From positions 1-50,411 of the forward strand of contig JBNMJW010000001.1 in assembly GCA_050874025.1 (NCBI GenBank): a stretch of DNA of 50,411 nt, read 5' to 3'. Shown here one piece after another: positions 7,616 to 17,045 of this stretch. Below the pieces are notes generated by a model. The model worked only from the letters and a program-made list of their open reading frames with translations. It had not been told where the DNA came from and ran no database searches. The position numbers and the translations under genes were made by a program. The stretch comes from Candidatus Ornithospirochaeta sp. Lineage in GTDB: Bacteria > Spirochaetota > Spirochaetia > Sphaerochaetales > Sphaerochaetaceae. Within the stretch, counting starts at the first letter, position 1, and every line of letters starts with the position of its first letter.

Positions 7616-9241
7616 ATGGAAAAGAATACTATTCTATTCAGTGGTGTCAAAACAGATACCTTTATGGAAAAATCTTCAGTCAAGATTGTTTATTTGCTTG
7701 GAAAACAGAAAAAAAGCAAATATTGTGATAACCCTCCAGTTGCTGCAATTGTAAATGGGGAACTAAGGTCTCTCCAATCTGAAATAGAGGAAAATGCAGT
7801 AATAGATCTTGTTTATCTAAATAGCAGGGATGGGCGAGCTGTATATAGAAAAACACTTTGCTTTTTGCTTTCCTACGCCTCAAGCATTGTTTACCCAAAT
7901 AGAACACTAGTATCTGGCCACTCTCTTGGAGATGGATATTATTTTTACTACAGAGATAAAGCTAAGGCCGATATTAAAAAGCTAAAATGCGTAATGCAAG
8001 ATGCAATTAATGATGATCTTATCATCGACATTGAACGTTTAAGTTCAAAGCAATCATTAAGCTATGTAGATGAAAGAGGACTAAAAGAAACAAAAGACCT
8101 ACTCTTATCACGTAATGATGGTGCTTATACCTTCAATAGATTAGGTAACTGTCGTAGCGTCTACTATGAACCTCTTCTTCCTTCCCTTTCTCTTCTCTCT
8201 GTTTGGGATTTAATGGAATACGGTGAAGGAATGCTTTTAAGATACCCTCAATCTAGGCAAATGAACTCAATGATGGCATTCCAAGATAATCCACTACTTT
8301 TTAGTGTCTTTGAAGACGCAAGAAGTAAAGCTAGTATCCTTGATGTTGATAGTCTTGGTTCTCTTAATTTAAAGGAGGCAAGTGGAAAAATAAGAGAGGT
8401 AATTGTTTTATCAGAAACATTACAAAGAAGGTCTTTCTACCATGTAGCAGAACTTATAAAAGAAAAAGGAGGAGTTAAAATTGCCTTTATTTCTGGTCCT
8501 GCTTGCTCTGGAAAGAAAACCTGTGGCCTCAAGCTTTGTGCTGAACTAAAAATCCAAGGCTACTCTCCTATCATGCTTAGTCTTGATGACTACAGAAAAA
8601 ATGATGATAGTGGTAATTCTTTTGTAGATGTAACCCTCCTTCAAGAAGAAGTAAGAGCTCTACTAAAGGGTAAAGAAGTGACACTAAGCAGTAGCGATAA
8701 CGATAAAAAGAGGCTATTCAGAACTCAAAAAGCCAAAATGGAAGATAATACAATTCTCGTTATTGAAGGGGTACAGACTCTCAATGAAAATCTAATACCA
8801 GGACTAAATGAGAAGGAGATATATAGAATATATGTATCTGCATTAACTCAGCTTAATCTCGATACAATGTCTAGTATATCAACAAGAGACAATCGCTTAA
8901 TAAGGCGAATAGTCAAAGAATGTAGGCTTCGTGACATTAAACCAAGCCAAGTTATTAATGAATGGTCAGATATCGAAGAGGAAGAAAAGAACTTACTTTT
9001 TCCATACCAAAATAATGCAGATGTCATGATTAATAGCGCACTTGAGTATGAACTTGGTGTTTTATATCCATACATTATGCCGCTATTAAGATCAGTAACA
9101 CTCGAAGAAGGAAAAGCATATACAACAGCTCGTAGACTTATGGGATTCTTGGAGCTTATTAACCCAATATCTCCAGAACTCGTTCCACCAGACTCTATCT
9201 TAAGAGAATTCATTGGTGGTTCAGCTTTCTTATTATCGTAG
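7616..9241 (+). CDS. ThrRS N-terminal-like (TGS plus second additional domain) fused to a uridine/cytidine-kinase-like P-loop domain
   Basis: The N-terminal segments AAIVNGELRSL...VIDLVY and GDGYYFYY resemble the ThrRS TGS/N2 region. P-loop is ISGPACSGKKT, followed by a PRK/Udk-like C-terminal half. The start is placed at the ATG at 7616, preceded by GAGG, because the track start at 7493 lies antisense inside the AOR-like gene. Confidence 0.7.
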   Translation: MEKNTILFSGVKTDTFMEKSSVKIVYLLGKQKKSKYCDNPPVAAIVNGELRSLQSEIEENAVIDLVYLNSRDGRAVYRKTLCFLLSYASSIVYPNRTLVSGHSLGDGYYFYYRDKAKADIKKLKCVMQDAINDDLIIDIERLSSKQSLSYVDERGLKETKDLLLSRNDGAYTFNRLGNCRSVYYEPLLPSLSLLSVWDLMEYGEGMLLRYPQSRQMNSMMAFQDNPLLFSVFEDARSKASILDVDSLGSLNLKEASGKIREVIVLSETLQRRSFYHVAELIKEKGGVKIAFISGPACSGKKTCGLKLCAELKIQGYSPIMLSLDDYRKNDDSGNSFVDVTLLQEEVRALLKGKEVTLSSSDNDKKRLFRTQKAKMEDNTILVIEGVQTLNENLIPGLNEKEIYRIYVSALTQLNLDTMSSISTRDNRLIRRIVKECRLRDIKPSQVINEWSDIEEEEKNLLFPYQNNADVMINSALEYELGVLYPYIMPLLRSVTLEEGKAYTTARRLMGFLELINPISPELVPPDSILREFIGGSAFLLS

Positions 9242-9556
9242 AGCTGTCTTATCTTCTAATGCCCCGCATTCAAACAAGATGTCGGGGTTTTTTTCTACCA
9301 TTCTCATTAGCCTTAATGCTGCCCCTGACGGGCTATTTGTTCCACATTCCCATGCTTCAACTGTCTTATTTGAGACATTAAATGCAGAAGCAAAAAGTGA
9401 AATGGATAGGCTCAAAGAAAGCCTTAATGCCCTTATTTCATTTTTTGTCATCGGCTTAGGCTCTGTGGCTACAACATATTTATTACTCTTAGCAAGAACG
9501 CCCTTCTTTTTTGGGTAAAGGGCGTCCTTAATAGTATCTTTATAGTAGCTACTCAA
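9233..9556 (-). CDS. XRE-type HTH protein of the YiaG/MqsA-like antitoxin class (no toxin partner present)
   Basis: The segment IRALRLSLSLSISLFASAFNVSNKTVEAWECGTNSPSGAALRLMRMVEKNPDIL matches the COG2944-type antitoxin HTH. The TTG start lies 1 nt after the nifU stop and is preceded by AGGAAA. An alternative ATG at 9451 lacks an SD. Confidence 0.65.
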   Translation of the reverse strand: MSSYYKDTIKDALYPKKKGVLAKSNKYVVATEPKPMTKNEIRALRLSLSLSISLFASAFNVSNKTVEAWECGTNSPSGAALRLMRMVEKNPDILFECGALEDKTALR

Positions 9557-9557
9557 T

Positions 9558-10169
9558 TTATTTTCCTAAGATGTGCATAGATTCTTCAATCTGTGCCTTT
9601 AGTTTCTCACGGCATTTTCCACAACCTGTTCCAGCACCTGTGAGCCTCATCAAATCATCAAGGTTCTTAACTTTGTCATCTTTAACAAGGTCCTCAATCA
9701 TCTGGTCAGTAACACCTTTACACTCACAGATGATAGTTGCAGTGTTGTTTTTGTAAGGATTAGGTAAGTTATTCTTTTCAAGATAATCATCAATAGCTGC
9801 TCTAAGGGCCTTATCACCAAGAACAGAGCAATGGAACTTATGTTCAGGAAGACCACCAAGCTTATCCATAATAGCCTTTGGAGTAATGTTATAAGCGTCC
9901 TTAAGCGTCATGCCAATAGCCATCTCACTCATCATAGATGTAGATGCAATAGCACTAGCACAGCCATATGTAAGCCATCTAAGATCTGTAATCTTATCAT
10001 CTTTAACCTTAATGCCGACTCTCATCTGGTCACCACAAGCTAAAGAACCAACTTCACCTACTCCATCTGGTACAAAGTCCTCTCCTTCTTTCCAAAGGTT
10101 TCGAGGATTCATGAAATGATCTTTTACCGTATCTGTATAGACCCACTGGGCCATAAAACTATTAGCCAT
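9558..10169 (-). CDS. nifU: NifU-type Fe-S scaffold (IscU-like domain plus BFD-like [2Fe-2S] domain)
   Basis: Scaffold cysteines in GSLACGD, YGCASAIAS and HCSVLG. C-terminal CECKGV...GCGKC resembles a BFD-like motif. Confidence 0.85.
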   Translation of the reverse strand: MANSFMAQWVYTDTVKDHFMNPRNLWKEGEDFVPDGVGEVGSLACGDQMRVGIKVKDDKITDLRWLTYGCASAIASTSMMSEMAIGMTLKDAYNITPKAIMDKLGGLPEHKFHCSVLGDKALRAAIDDYLEKNNLPNPYKNNTATIICECKGVTDQMIEDLVKDDKVKNLDDLMRLTGAGTGCGKCREKLKAQIEESMHILGK

Positions 10170-10172
10170 TTT

Positions 10173-11339
10173 TTACTTCCTTGTGCTCATCTTTCTGATT
10201 CTCTCGATTATTGGAGGTAACTTCTCGAGTGTATAGCGAATATCCTCTTCAGTATTATACCTTCCTAGTGAGAATCTAATTGAGCCATGAGCTAGCTCAA
10301 CATCCAATCCTGCAGCCAATAAAACATAGCTTGGTTCAAGGGAACCTGATGCACATGCACTACCTGTTGAAACTTCTATCCCCTCTAAATCTAAGTAAAG
10401 AAGAATAGACTCTCCCTCTGCTGAAGGGAAAGAAACATTAAGCGTTCCTGGTAGACACTTTTCTTTGTCATTTGTTCCATTTACAACAACATTAGGAATT
10501 CTTTCTTCAATACCCTTTCTAAGCATCTCACGAAGATTCCAAAGCTTTTCTCTCTCTTCGTCCAAGTTTAGTCTTGCAAGCTCTGCAGCCTTTCCGAGTC
10601 CGATGATAGCTTGGTTATTGTATGTACCAGCTCTTAAGCCCTTTTCTTGGTGCCCGCCATGTACAAATGGAGTGAATGGAACACCTTTCTTGGCATATAA
10701 GACACCAATACCCTTAGGCCCATAGAATTTATGACCCGACATGGATAGATAATCTGCATCAATGTCTTTTACATCGACCTTAATCTTTCCAATGGCTTGA
10801 GTGGCATCTGTATGAAAATAAGCTCCCCATTTATGTGCTATAGAAGCAGCTTTTTTCACAGGCTGAATGACTCCACTCTCGTTGTTTCCTGTCATTACAG
10901 AAAGAAGACAGACATCGTCTCCCATCATCTCTGAGAGTTTATCTAGCCTTAACTCTCCTATTGAATCAACAGGAACAAACTCAACTTTATAGCCCTTTTT
11001 GATGAGATACTTTGCTGTTTCAATAGAAGCAGGATGTTCAACAGACGAAAGAAGAATTCTGTTTCGTTTGTTCTTCTCATCAATACGGTCTCTAAAAATG
11101 TTAAAGACTGTGTTGTTGGACTCTGAGGCACCGGAGTTAAAATAAATCTCTCCGGGATCCGAATTTATAAGTGCCGCAACCATCTCTCTAGCCCAAGTAA
11201 TTCCACTCATTGAATCACGTCCAAGAGTGTGCATACTAGAGGCATTTCCATAGAGAGAAGCATTATCTGCCATAATCTGTATGACTTCATCTGCCATCTG
11301 GGTTGTAGCATTGTTGTCAAGATAGACAATTCTACCCAT
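10173..11339 (-). CDS. nifS: cysteine desulfurase, NifS type
   Basis: PLP lysine motif SGHKFYGPKG and active-site loop STGSACASG. Length is 388 aa and it lies adjacent to nifU. Confidence 0.9.
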   Translation of the reverse strand: MGRIVYLDNNATTQMADEVIQIMADNASLYGNASSMHTLGRDSMSGITWAREMVAALINSDPGEIYFNSGASESNNTVFNIFRDRIDEKNKRNRILLSSVEHPASIETAKYLIKKGYKVEFVPVDSIGELRLDKLSEMMGDDVCLLSVMTGNNESGVIQPVKKAASIAHKWGAYFHTDATQAIGKIKVDVKDIDADYLSMSGHKFYGPKGIGVLYAKKGVPFTPFVHGGHQEKGLRAGTYNNQAIIGLGKAAELARLNLDEEREKLWNLREMLRKGIEERIPNVVVNGTNDKEKCLPGTLNVSFPSAEGESILLYLDLEGIEVSTGSACASGSLEPSYVLLAAGLDVELAHGSIRFSLGRYNTEEDIRYTLEKLPPIIERIRKMSTRK

Positions 11340-11410
11340 TTTTAATATTCCTTATACACGTAAGGTAATTCTTTCTACTCTTGAGCGTCAAGGTTAAATA
11401 CAACTTACCA

Positions 11411-12157
11411 TTATAGAATGAGTTTATTCATTCTCCCTATATCATAGGATGGGTGAATGTTAATAATTGTGGCTGTTGCAATTGCTTTTTCACATAGTTC
11501 ATTATCGCCAGGATAGAGATTTTTATCGTCTCTATTAAGATAGCGAGTTTTGCATCCAAAGCATTTTACAATAAGCTTATTGCCATCCTCTATTATCTTA
11601 TAGTCATCTCTATATTCAATAACACCAAGACTTGCTTTTTCAACTCGACCATTCCAACAAGGAGGGAAATTTAAACTTAAAAAAGACTCTCCATCTAAAA
11701 TCGAAACAAAGCTTTCAAGCTTAGTAGCTAAATACTTTGAAGGAGAAACAAAGTCATACCTTCCTTCATTATCTTTGTTTGCAGAGATTGCTATCGCAGG
11801 ATATCCATACATTTGAGCTTGTCTTGCTGCTCCACATGTTCCTGAATAGATAGTGTCAGAAGAAAGATTATAACCATGATTTATGCCACTAATAACAACA
11901 TCGGGCTTAAACGGCAATATTCCTGCCTGAAGTGGAATTATTACACAATCAGCAGGAGTTCCCTCCAATGAATAGTGATGCTCATCATGCTTATAGATGG
12001 TAACATCGCCAATAACTGTCATTGCATGAGATTTTGCACTTTGTTCGGTATGAGGTGCAACTATATAAACATCATGACCAAATGATGTAAGTACGCTAAA
12101 AAGCGTATTTATGCCCTCGGCCTTATAACCGTCATCATTAACTAATAAAATATGCAT
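11411..12157 (-). CDS. surE: 5'/3'-nucleotidase SurE
   Basis: N-terminal ILLVNDDGYKAEGI, GINHGYNL and YSGTCGAA motifs. Confidence 0.9.
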   Translation of the reverse strand: MHILLVNDDGYKAEGINTLFSVLTSFGHDVYIVAPHTEQSAKSHAMTVIGDVTIYKHDEHHYSLEGTPADCVIIPLQAGILPFKPDVVISGINHGYNLSSDTIYSGTCGAARQAQMYGYPAIAISANKDNEGRYDFVSPSKYLATKLESFVSILDGESFLSLNFPPCWNGRVEKASLGVIEYRDDYKIIEDGNKLIVKCFGCKTRYLNRDDKNLYPGDNELCEKAIATATIINIHPSYDIGRMNKLIL

Positions 12158-12166
12158 TTGTAACCC

Positions 12167-13363
12167 TTATTCAGAGAAGAGAGAAGAAACTGGATGAAAA
12201 GGCCTCTTTTCGGGATGAAAACCAAAAATCCTCTCATACTCTTCAACTCTTTGATTATTAGGGAACTCACTTTTTTCGTCAACTATACATAAAAATGAAG
12301 AGGCAATGCCTATATCGATAGAGGCCATTCCTATTACAGATACACTCTCTTGGCATCTTCGGAAAATCCAATCAAGTTCAGGGCTTGTAAGCTCCGCGTT
12401 AAAGATTATCGACCTTTGAGAAAGAGATAGAATTTTGCCTAGAGCAATTCCTTCAGATCTGCTAATTGCTTCAAAGGCTCTTTTCGCATATTCGCTTGAA
12501 AGTGATAAAAACGTTATAAAACGTCTTGTCCTATCGGGAAGAGATGATGTATAGCACCTCACCTCTTTCTCTGTTAAATCTCTAAATTCCGTTCCTTTGG
12601 GAGTGATTTCATTAATTTTCTCCACAAGTTCAGGAAGAATAGATCTAAATTCATCATATTCAGGAGTAAGAATAGAGTATGGCAAAGAGGAGTCAAAGAT
12701 GTAACTTAATTCAGGCTTAATTGAATAACTAGTGCCCTTTGCATTTTGTTTCTTTTCATCAAACAGATAGACTTTGTCTTTTTCTGCAAAAAAAAGTATC
12801 CATAAATCACGATATCTAACACAAGATGATGGAAAAAAAGAAGAGGCACTTAATGCAATTGAGAATAATCTGTTAGTATCGAAAGAGAGAGAAAAAAGTT
12901 TATTAAGACCAAAAAGAAGAGCAGCAAATATCTCAGAAGATATACTATAATTCGATGTTGAAGCTCCCCTACCTGCTAGCGTTATGTTGCATCCGCATAC
13001 CTTTAAGCCCTGTTTGTTTAGCGTACTAAAGATTGCCTTAGCAGCGTTTGCCCATTTATCTTCCTTGCGATACTTAGATGATGCTACAACAAACTTTTTC
13101 TTATCTTGTTTGTTTGCATTTAATAATCTAACAGTTGTGTCTTGACGACGAGAAATTGCAACAGTAAGACCATCTTCAATGTTGCAAATCAAACTCCAAC
13201 CTTTTATATAATCTGAAAAACTCCCAATAATTGTTGTTGGCTGAGGAACAGCAATAATAACCTCCGGTTCCTCTTCAAATTCTCGTTTATGGGCAACAAT
13301 AACCTCTTGCAAAAAATTTATCTCCTTTTTACTTATTATCTTAGGTGGCAACAAAAAAGGCAA
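12167..13363 (-). CDS. galactokinase-fold (GHMP superfamily) protein with degenerate catalytic motifs
   Basis: Colinear by eye with E. coli GalK: IIGSFSDYIKGWSL vs LIGEHTDYNDGFVL, WANAAKAI vs WANYVRGV, GRGASTSNYSIS vs PQGAGLSSSASL. The C-terminal helix region also aligns. Confidence 0.5.
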   Translation of the reverse strand: MPFLLPPKIISKKEINFLQEVIVAHKREFEEEPEVIIAVPQPTTIIGSFSDYIKGWSLICNIEDGLTVAISRRQDTTVRLLNANKQDKKKFVVASSKYRKEDKWANAAKAIFSTLNKQGLKVCGCNITLAGRGASTSNYSISSEIFAALLFGLNKLFSLSFDTNRLFSIALSASSFFPSSCVRYRDLWILFFAEKDKVYLFDEKKQNAKGTSYSIKPELSYIFDSSLPYSILTPEYDEFRSILPELVEKINEITPKGTEFRDLTEKEVRCYTSSLPDRTRRFITFLSLSSEYAKRAFEAISRSEGIALGKILSLSQRSIIFNAELTSPELDWIFRRCQESVSVIGMASIDIGIASSFLCIVDEKSEFPNNQRVEEYERIFGFHPEKRPFHPVSSLFSE

Positions 13364-13389
13364 ATTAATTTCTTGAAAAATCTATCGAT

Positions 13390-13418
13390 AAAAAAAGACC
13401 ATAGATTACTCTACGGCC
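13390..13418 (-). terminator. rho-independent terminator after rpmE
   Basis: The minus-strand RNA reads GGCCGUAG-aguaau-CUAUGGUC (8 bp including two G-U pairs) followed by U7. Confidence 0.75.
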
Positions 13419-13440
13419 TGTATCATAAAAGTAAGGAAGA

Positions 13441-13650
13441 TTAGTTATTTGATGTTCTTCCGTATCTCTTATTGAATCTTTCAACTCTTCCTGTTGTGTC
13501 AACAAGCTTTTGTGTACCTGTGAAGAATGGATGACATGCTGAACAGATTTCAACGTTGAGACTCTTAGCAGTTGTCTTTGTCTTAATTACGTTACCACAT
13601 GAGCAACGGATTTCCTTTAACTCGTAATTTGGGTGGATTCCCTTTTTCAT
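13441..13650 (-). CDS. rpmE: 50S ribosomal protein L31 (zinc-ribbon type)
   Basis: Sequence MKKGIHPNY...CSCG...[10 protein letters not shown]...RFNKRYG. The start is moved to the ATG preceded by AAGGAG. Confidence 0.95.
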   Translation of the reverse strand: MKKGIHPNYELKEIRCSCGNVIKTKTTAKSLNVEICSACHPFFTGTQKLVDTTGRVERFNKRYGRTSNN

Positions 13651-13700
13651 TTTTTTCTCCTTATATGCTTTGTCTGCTTTCACAGACAAGGAATTTCTAT

Positions 13701-15614
13701 TTAACCCCGAACTGGAGTATTCATCGAGTTCAGGAACTCCTTATTGTTGTTCGTTTTCGCCATTTTGTCAATGATGTCTACAGACATGTCAATGTCATCA
13801 AGGTTACCAAAGGATGAACGCAATAAGAAAACCCTAGCTAGAACAGATTCATCAAGAAGAAGATCATCTCTTCTTGTTCCACTCTTTTTGATATTTATTG
13901 CAGGGAATTTTCTGTTATCTGCCATCTTTCTATCAAGAACAATTTCATTATTACCTGTACCCTTGAATTCTTCGAAGATAACTTCATCCATTCTACTTCC
14001 TGTTTCAATTAATGCTGTTGAAATAATTGTTAAGCTTCCGCCATTCTCAATATTTCTTGCAGCACCAAAGAATCTCTTAGGCTTATGTAGGGCATTCGAA
14101 TCAACACCACCAGAAAGAATCTTGCCAGAAGCTGGAACTGTTTGGTTGTAAGCACGAGCAAGCCTTGTAATTGAGTCAAGGAGAATAACTACATCCTTCT
14201 TATACTCAACAAGACGCTTAGCCTTCTCTATTACCATCTCTGCAACCTGTACGTGGTGAGTAGCTTGTTCATCAAATGTTGAAGCAACAACCTCTGCCTT
14301 AACATTTCGCTTCATGTCTGTTACTTCTTCAGGTCTTTCATCAACAAGAAGAATCATCAATATAACTTCAGGATGATTATAAGTAATAGCATTAGCTATC
14401 TTCTGCATAAGAACTGTCTTACCTGTTCTTGGTGGTGCAACAATTAAAGAACGTTGTCCTTTTCCAATTGGGCAGAACAAATCGACAACTCTTGTTGATA
14501 AATCAGATTTCTTTCCTTCTTCAACGATTTCAAGATTGAGTCTTTCGTCAGGGAATAAAGGCGTAAGAGAATCAAATGGAGCACGAAGCTTTGCCATCTT
14601 AGGCTCTTCGCCATTTACCTTTAATACTCTTACAACAGAAGCATACTTCTCATTTTCCCTTGGAGCTCTTATTTGAGCAAGAACGGTGTCTCCAGTTCTT
14701 AAGCCAACACTTTTAATTGTTGAACTTGAAATATATACATCATCAGAACCAGGAAGATAGTTGTTAACAGAATAGCGGATGTAGCCATAACCACCTTCAT
14801 TAAGAGTCTCAAGGACACCCTCAACCATAAGGGCACCACCAAGAGATGAATGATGACGAAGAATTCTTATAATCAACTCTTGCTTTCTGCAATCAAGAAT
14901 TACATCCTCACTTAGCCCTGCTTCTTTTGCCTTATTTCTTATTGCATCTAAAGGAAGTGCTGTAAGAACAGAGATGAAAAGCTGTGGAGCATCTGGGTTT
15001 TCATCTAAGTTTATCTCTGGAGGAATCTCCTCAACGACTCTTCGCTCTTTCTTATTCTTAAACTTATTTCTTCCATCCCGAGAATACTTATCTCTCTTTT
15101 GCTCGCTCTTTTTCTCTTCCTCAGTGGTGCTTTCCCCTAGCTTTTCACTGTCAGTACCCTCTTCGTCAAGAGAAGGCTCTTCTTCTCTCTTCTCATCTTC
15201 AGAAGAAGGAAGTGGAACAATCTCTTCTGTGATTGTAATTGGTTCTATTTTCTCGTCAGAGCTTGGTTTGTCCTCATTGATTGTAACAGAAACTTCCTCA
15301 TTTTCGAGTGGAGCTATTGTCTCTTGAAAGAGAGGAAGCTCTTCACTTTTACTCTCTTCTTTATGCTTTTTTGTTCTAGGATGAGAAACATGTTCTCTCT
15401 TTTTTGTTACTTTGACAGGTTTGTTTTCTTTTTCTGTAGCTGTATCATCCGTAGCGGCTTTTTCGCTAGAACTAGCCCCTTCTTCTTTAACTTCTACTAC
15501 TTTCTTTTTTATAGCAACTCTTCTTTTAGCTGGAACTTTAACCGTAATCTTCTTTTTTACTTCTGTTTCCTGTGGTTTTTCTTCCACAACATCTTCTTTA
15601 ATGTCTGAGGACAT
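13701..15614 (-). CDS. rho: transcription termination factor Rho with a ~205-aa charged N-terminal extension
   Basis: Rho_N and CSD regions, Walker [32 protein letters not shown] and a KSGTRR-containing C-terminus. Confidence 0.95.
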   Translation of the reverse strand: MSSDIKEDVVEEKPQETEVKKKITVKVPAKRRVAIKKKVVEVKEEGASSSEKAATDDTATEKENKPVKVTKKREHVSHPRTKKHKEESKSEELPLFQETIAPLENEEVSVTINEDKPSSDEKIEPITITEEIVPLPSSEDEKREEEPSLDEEGTDSEKLGESTTEEEKKSEQKRDKYSRDGRNKFKNKKERRVVEEIPPEINLDENPDAPQLFISVLTALPLDAIRNKAKEAGLSEDVILDCRKQELIIRILRHHSSLGGALMVEGVLETLNEGGYGYIRYSVNNYLPGSDDVYISSSTIKSVGLRTGDTVLAQIRAPRENEKYASVVRVLKVNGEEPKMAKLRAPFDSLTPLFPDERLNLEIVEEGKKSDLSTRVVDLFCPIGKGQRSLIVAPPRTGKTVLMQKIANAITYNHPEVILMILLVDERPEEVTDMKRNVKAEVVASTFDEQATHHVQVAEMVIEKAKRLVEYKKDVVILLDSITRLARAYNQTVPASGKILSGGVDSNALHKPKRFFGAARNIENGGSLTIISTALIETGSRMDEVIFEEFKGTGNNEIVLDRKMADNRKFPAINIKKSGTRRDDLLLDESVLARVFLLRSSFGNLDDIDMSVDIIDKMAKTNNNKEFLNSMNTPVRG

Positions 15615-15769
15615 CGATACCTCTTAGTTATATTAAGTATGAATTATGCAAAATATTAATAAAAAGAAAAATTTTGATTGGGATAACTATCTACCCTTTT
15701 TATATATAGTGGGATTTTAAACAGTCAATTCTATTTTTGTCAACAATATAGCCCATAGGTAAAAGAGTA

Positions 15770-15819
15770 TTGACAGCAAATTCATAAAATGCTATTTAGT
15801 TAATTAGTTGAGTAACTAA
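15770..15819 (+). promoter_or_regulatory. sigma70-like promoter with an overlapping dyad operator for the GntR/YtrA operon
   Basis: TTGACA (15770-15775), a 17-nt spacer, then TATTTA (15793-15798). Inverted repeat TTAGTTA-N10-TAACTAA at 15796-15819 overlaps the -10 and start region. Confidence 0.5.
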
Positions 15820-15835
15820 CCAACAAAGGAGAAGA

Positions 15836-16210
15836 ATGATTTATACTTTTACAGAAGATAGTCCTATATATCTTCAACTAGCACAGCTACTTAAAGATGA
15901 CATTTTTCTAGGAATCTACAAAGAAGGAACGGCTATTCCTTCTACAACCGAGCTTAGCGTTGTTCTGCATATAAATCCAGCAACGGTTTTAAAGGCAATG
16001 AACATACTCTTGCAAGAAGATTTAATAGAAAAGAAACGGGGGATTGGAATGTTTGTTAAGGCAAATGCAAAGAAAAAAATTACAGAAGAAAGAAAGAATA
16101 GTTTCTGTTCTAACTATGTAGCTCCTCTAATTAAGGAAGCTAAGAAACTATCTTTATCGAAAAATGAAATTATTGAAATGATTAACAAGGAGGAAAGCGA
16201 TGAAGCTTGA
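15836..16210 (+). CDS. GntR-family transcriptional regulator, YtrA subfamily (124 aa)
   Basis: Short GntR wHTH (IPSTTELSVVLHINPATVLKAMNILLQEDLIEKKRGIGMFV) with a minimal C-terminal domain. Confidence 0.85.
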   Translation: MIYTFTEDSPIYLQLAQLLKDDIFLGIYKEGTAIPSTTELSVVLHINPATVLKAMNILLQEDLIEKKRGIGMFVKANAKKKITEERKNSFCSNYVAPLIKEAKKLSLSKNEIIEMINKEESDEA

Positions 16211-17045
16211 TTGTAATAATGTCATTAAGCATTATGGCAAAGTAAAGGCCGTAGATGGCGTAACATGTTCTTTTTCTTCAGGTCATATAGTAGGATTATT
16301 TGGTCGTAATGGCGCAGGAAAAAGCACACTAATAAAGACTATTGGAAATAGAATATTTCAAGACGAAGGCACAATTACATTAGATGGAGAAAAGCTCACT
16401 GCGTCTTCAAAGCTATTTAAAAACATCTTTATTTCTAGTGAAGACAATATGTTCCCATCAATGTCTATAAAGAACATTTTAACCCTTATGGACGACATGG
16501 ATGCAGGAAGCAAAGAAAAAGCACTACAATTATGTAAAGAGTTTCATTTAAATGAAAACAAAAAATGGGACAAGCTTTCAACTGGCTACAGAACAATCTT
16601 TAAAGATATTTTAGCTTTGTCATCATATGCAAAATTTGTTTTCTTTGATGAGCCTATTTTAGGTCTTGATGCTAACCACAGAGAACTCTTCTATGAAAAG
16701 CTTCTAGCATCATTTTCACCAGATAGATGTTTCATCATTGCAACACATTTAATCGATGAAATCGAACCTTTAGTTGATGAGGTAATCGTCATTAATAATG
16801 GGAAAGTTATCGAAAGTGGCGACAAAGAAAAGATGCTTGAAAACATATTCCTTGTCAGCGGAACAGAAGAAGATGTTGATGAAGCAACCAAAGAATGTAA
16901 GGTTATCTCCTCTACTCTTAGACTTGGCAAAAGAGTTGTTCTTGTGAAAGGTAAACTTGAATCTTCTGATCGTCTCTCAATTACTCCTGTAGATTTGCAA
17001 AAGTATTTTATTGAATTAACTAAGGATAACGACTATGAAAATTAA
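16200..17045 (+). CDS. ABC transporter ATP-binding protein (YtrB-like)
   Basis: Walker A GRNGAGKST, signature-like LSTGYR and Walker B VFFDEP. It overlaps the regulator gene by 11 nt. Confidence 0.85.
   Translation: MKLDCNNVIKHYGKVKAVDGVTCSFSSGHIVGLFGRNGAGKSTLIKTIGNRIFQDEGTITLDGEKLTASSKLFKNIFISSEDNMFPSMSIKNILTLMDDMDAGSKEKALQLCKEFHLNENKKWDKLSTGYRTIFKDILALSSYAKFVFFDEPILGLDANHRELFYEKLLASFSPDRCFIIATHLIDEIEPLVDEVIVINNGKVIESGDKEKMLENIFLVSGTEEDVDEATKECKVISSTLRLGKRVVLVKGKLESSDRLSITPVDLQKYFIELTKDNDYEN

Noticed and set aside
9213-9518. Plus-strand 101-aa ORF opposite the HTH gene, considered as a possible missing toxin partner.
   Set aside because: It is fully antisense to the HTH gene, hydrophobic and low in complexity. 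It has no RelE/HigB-like motifs and no RBS.
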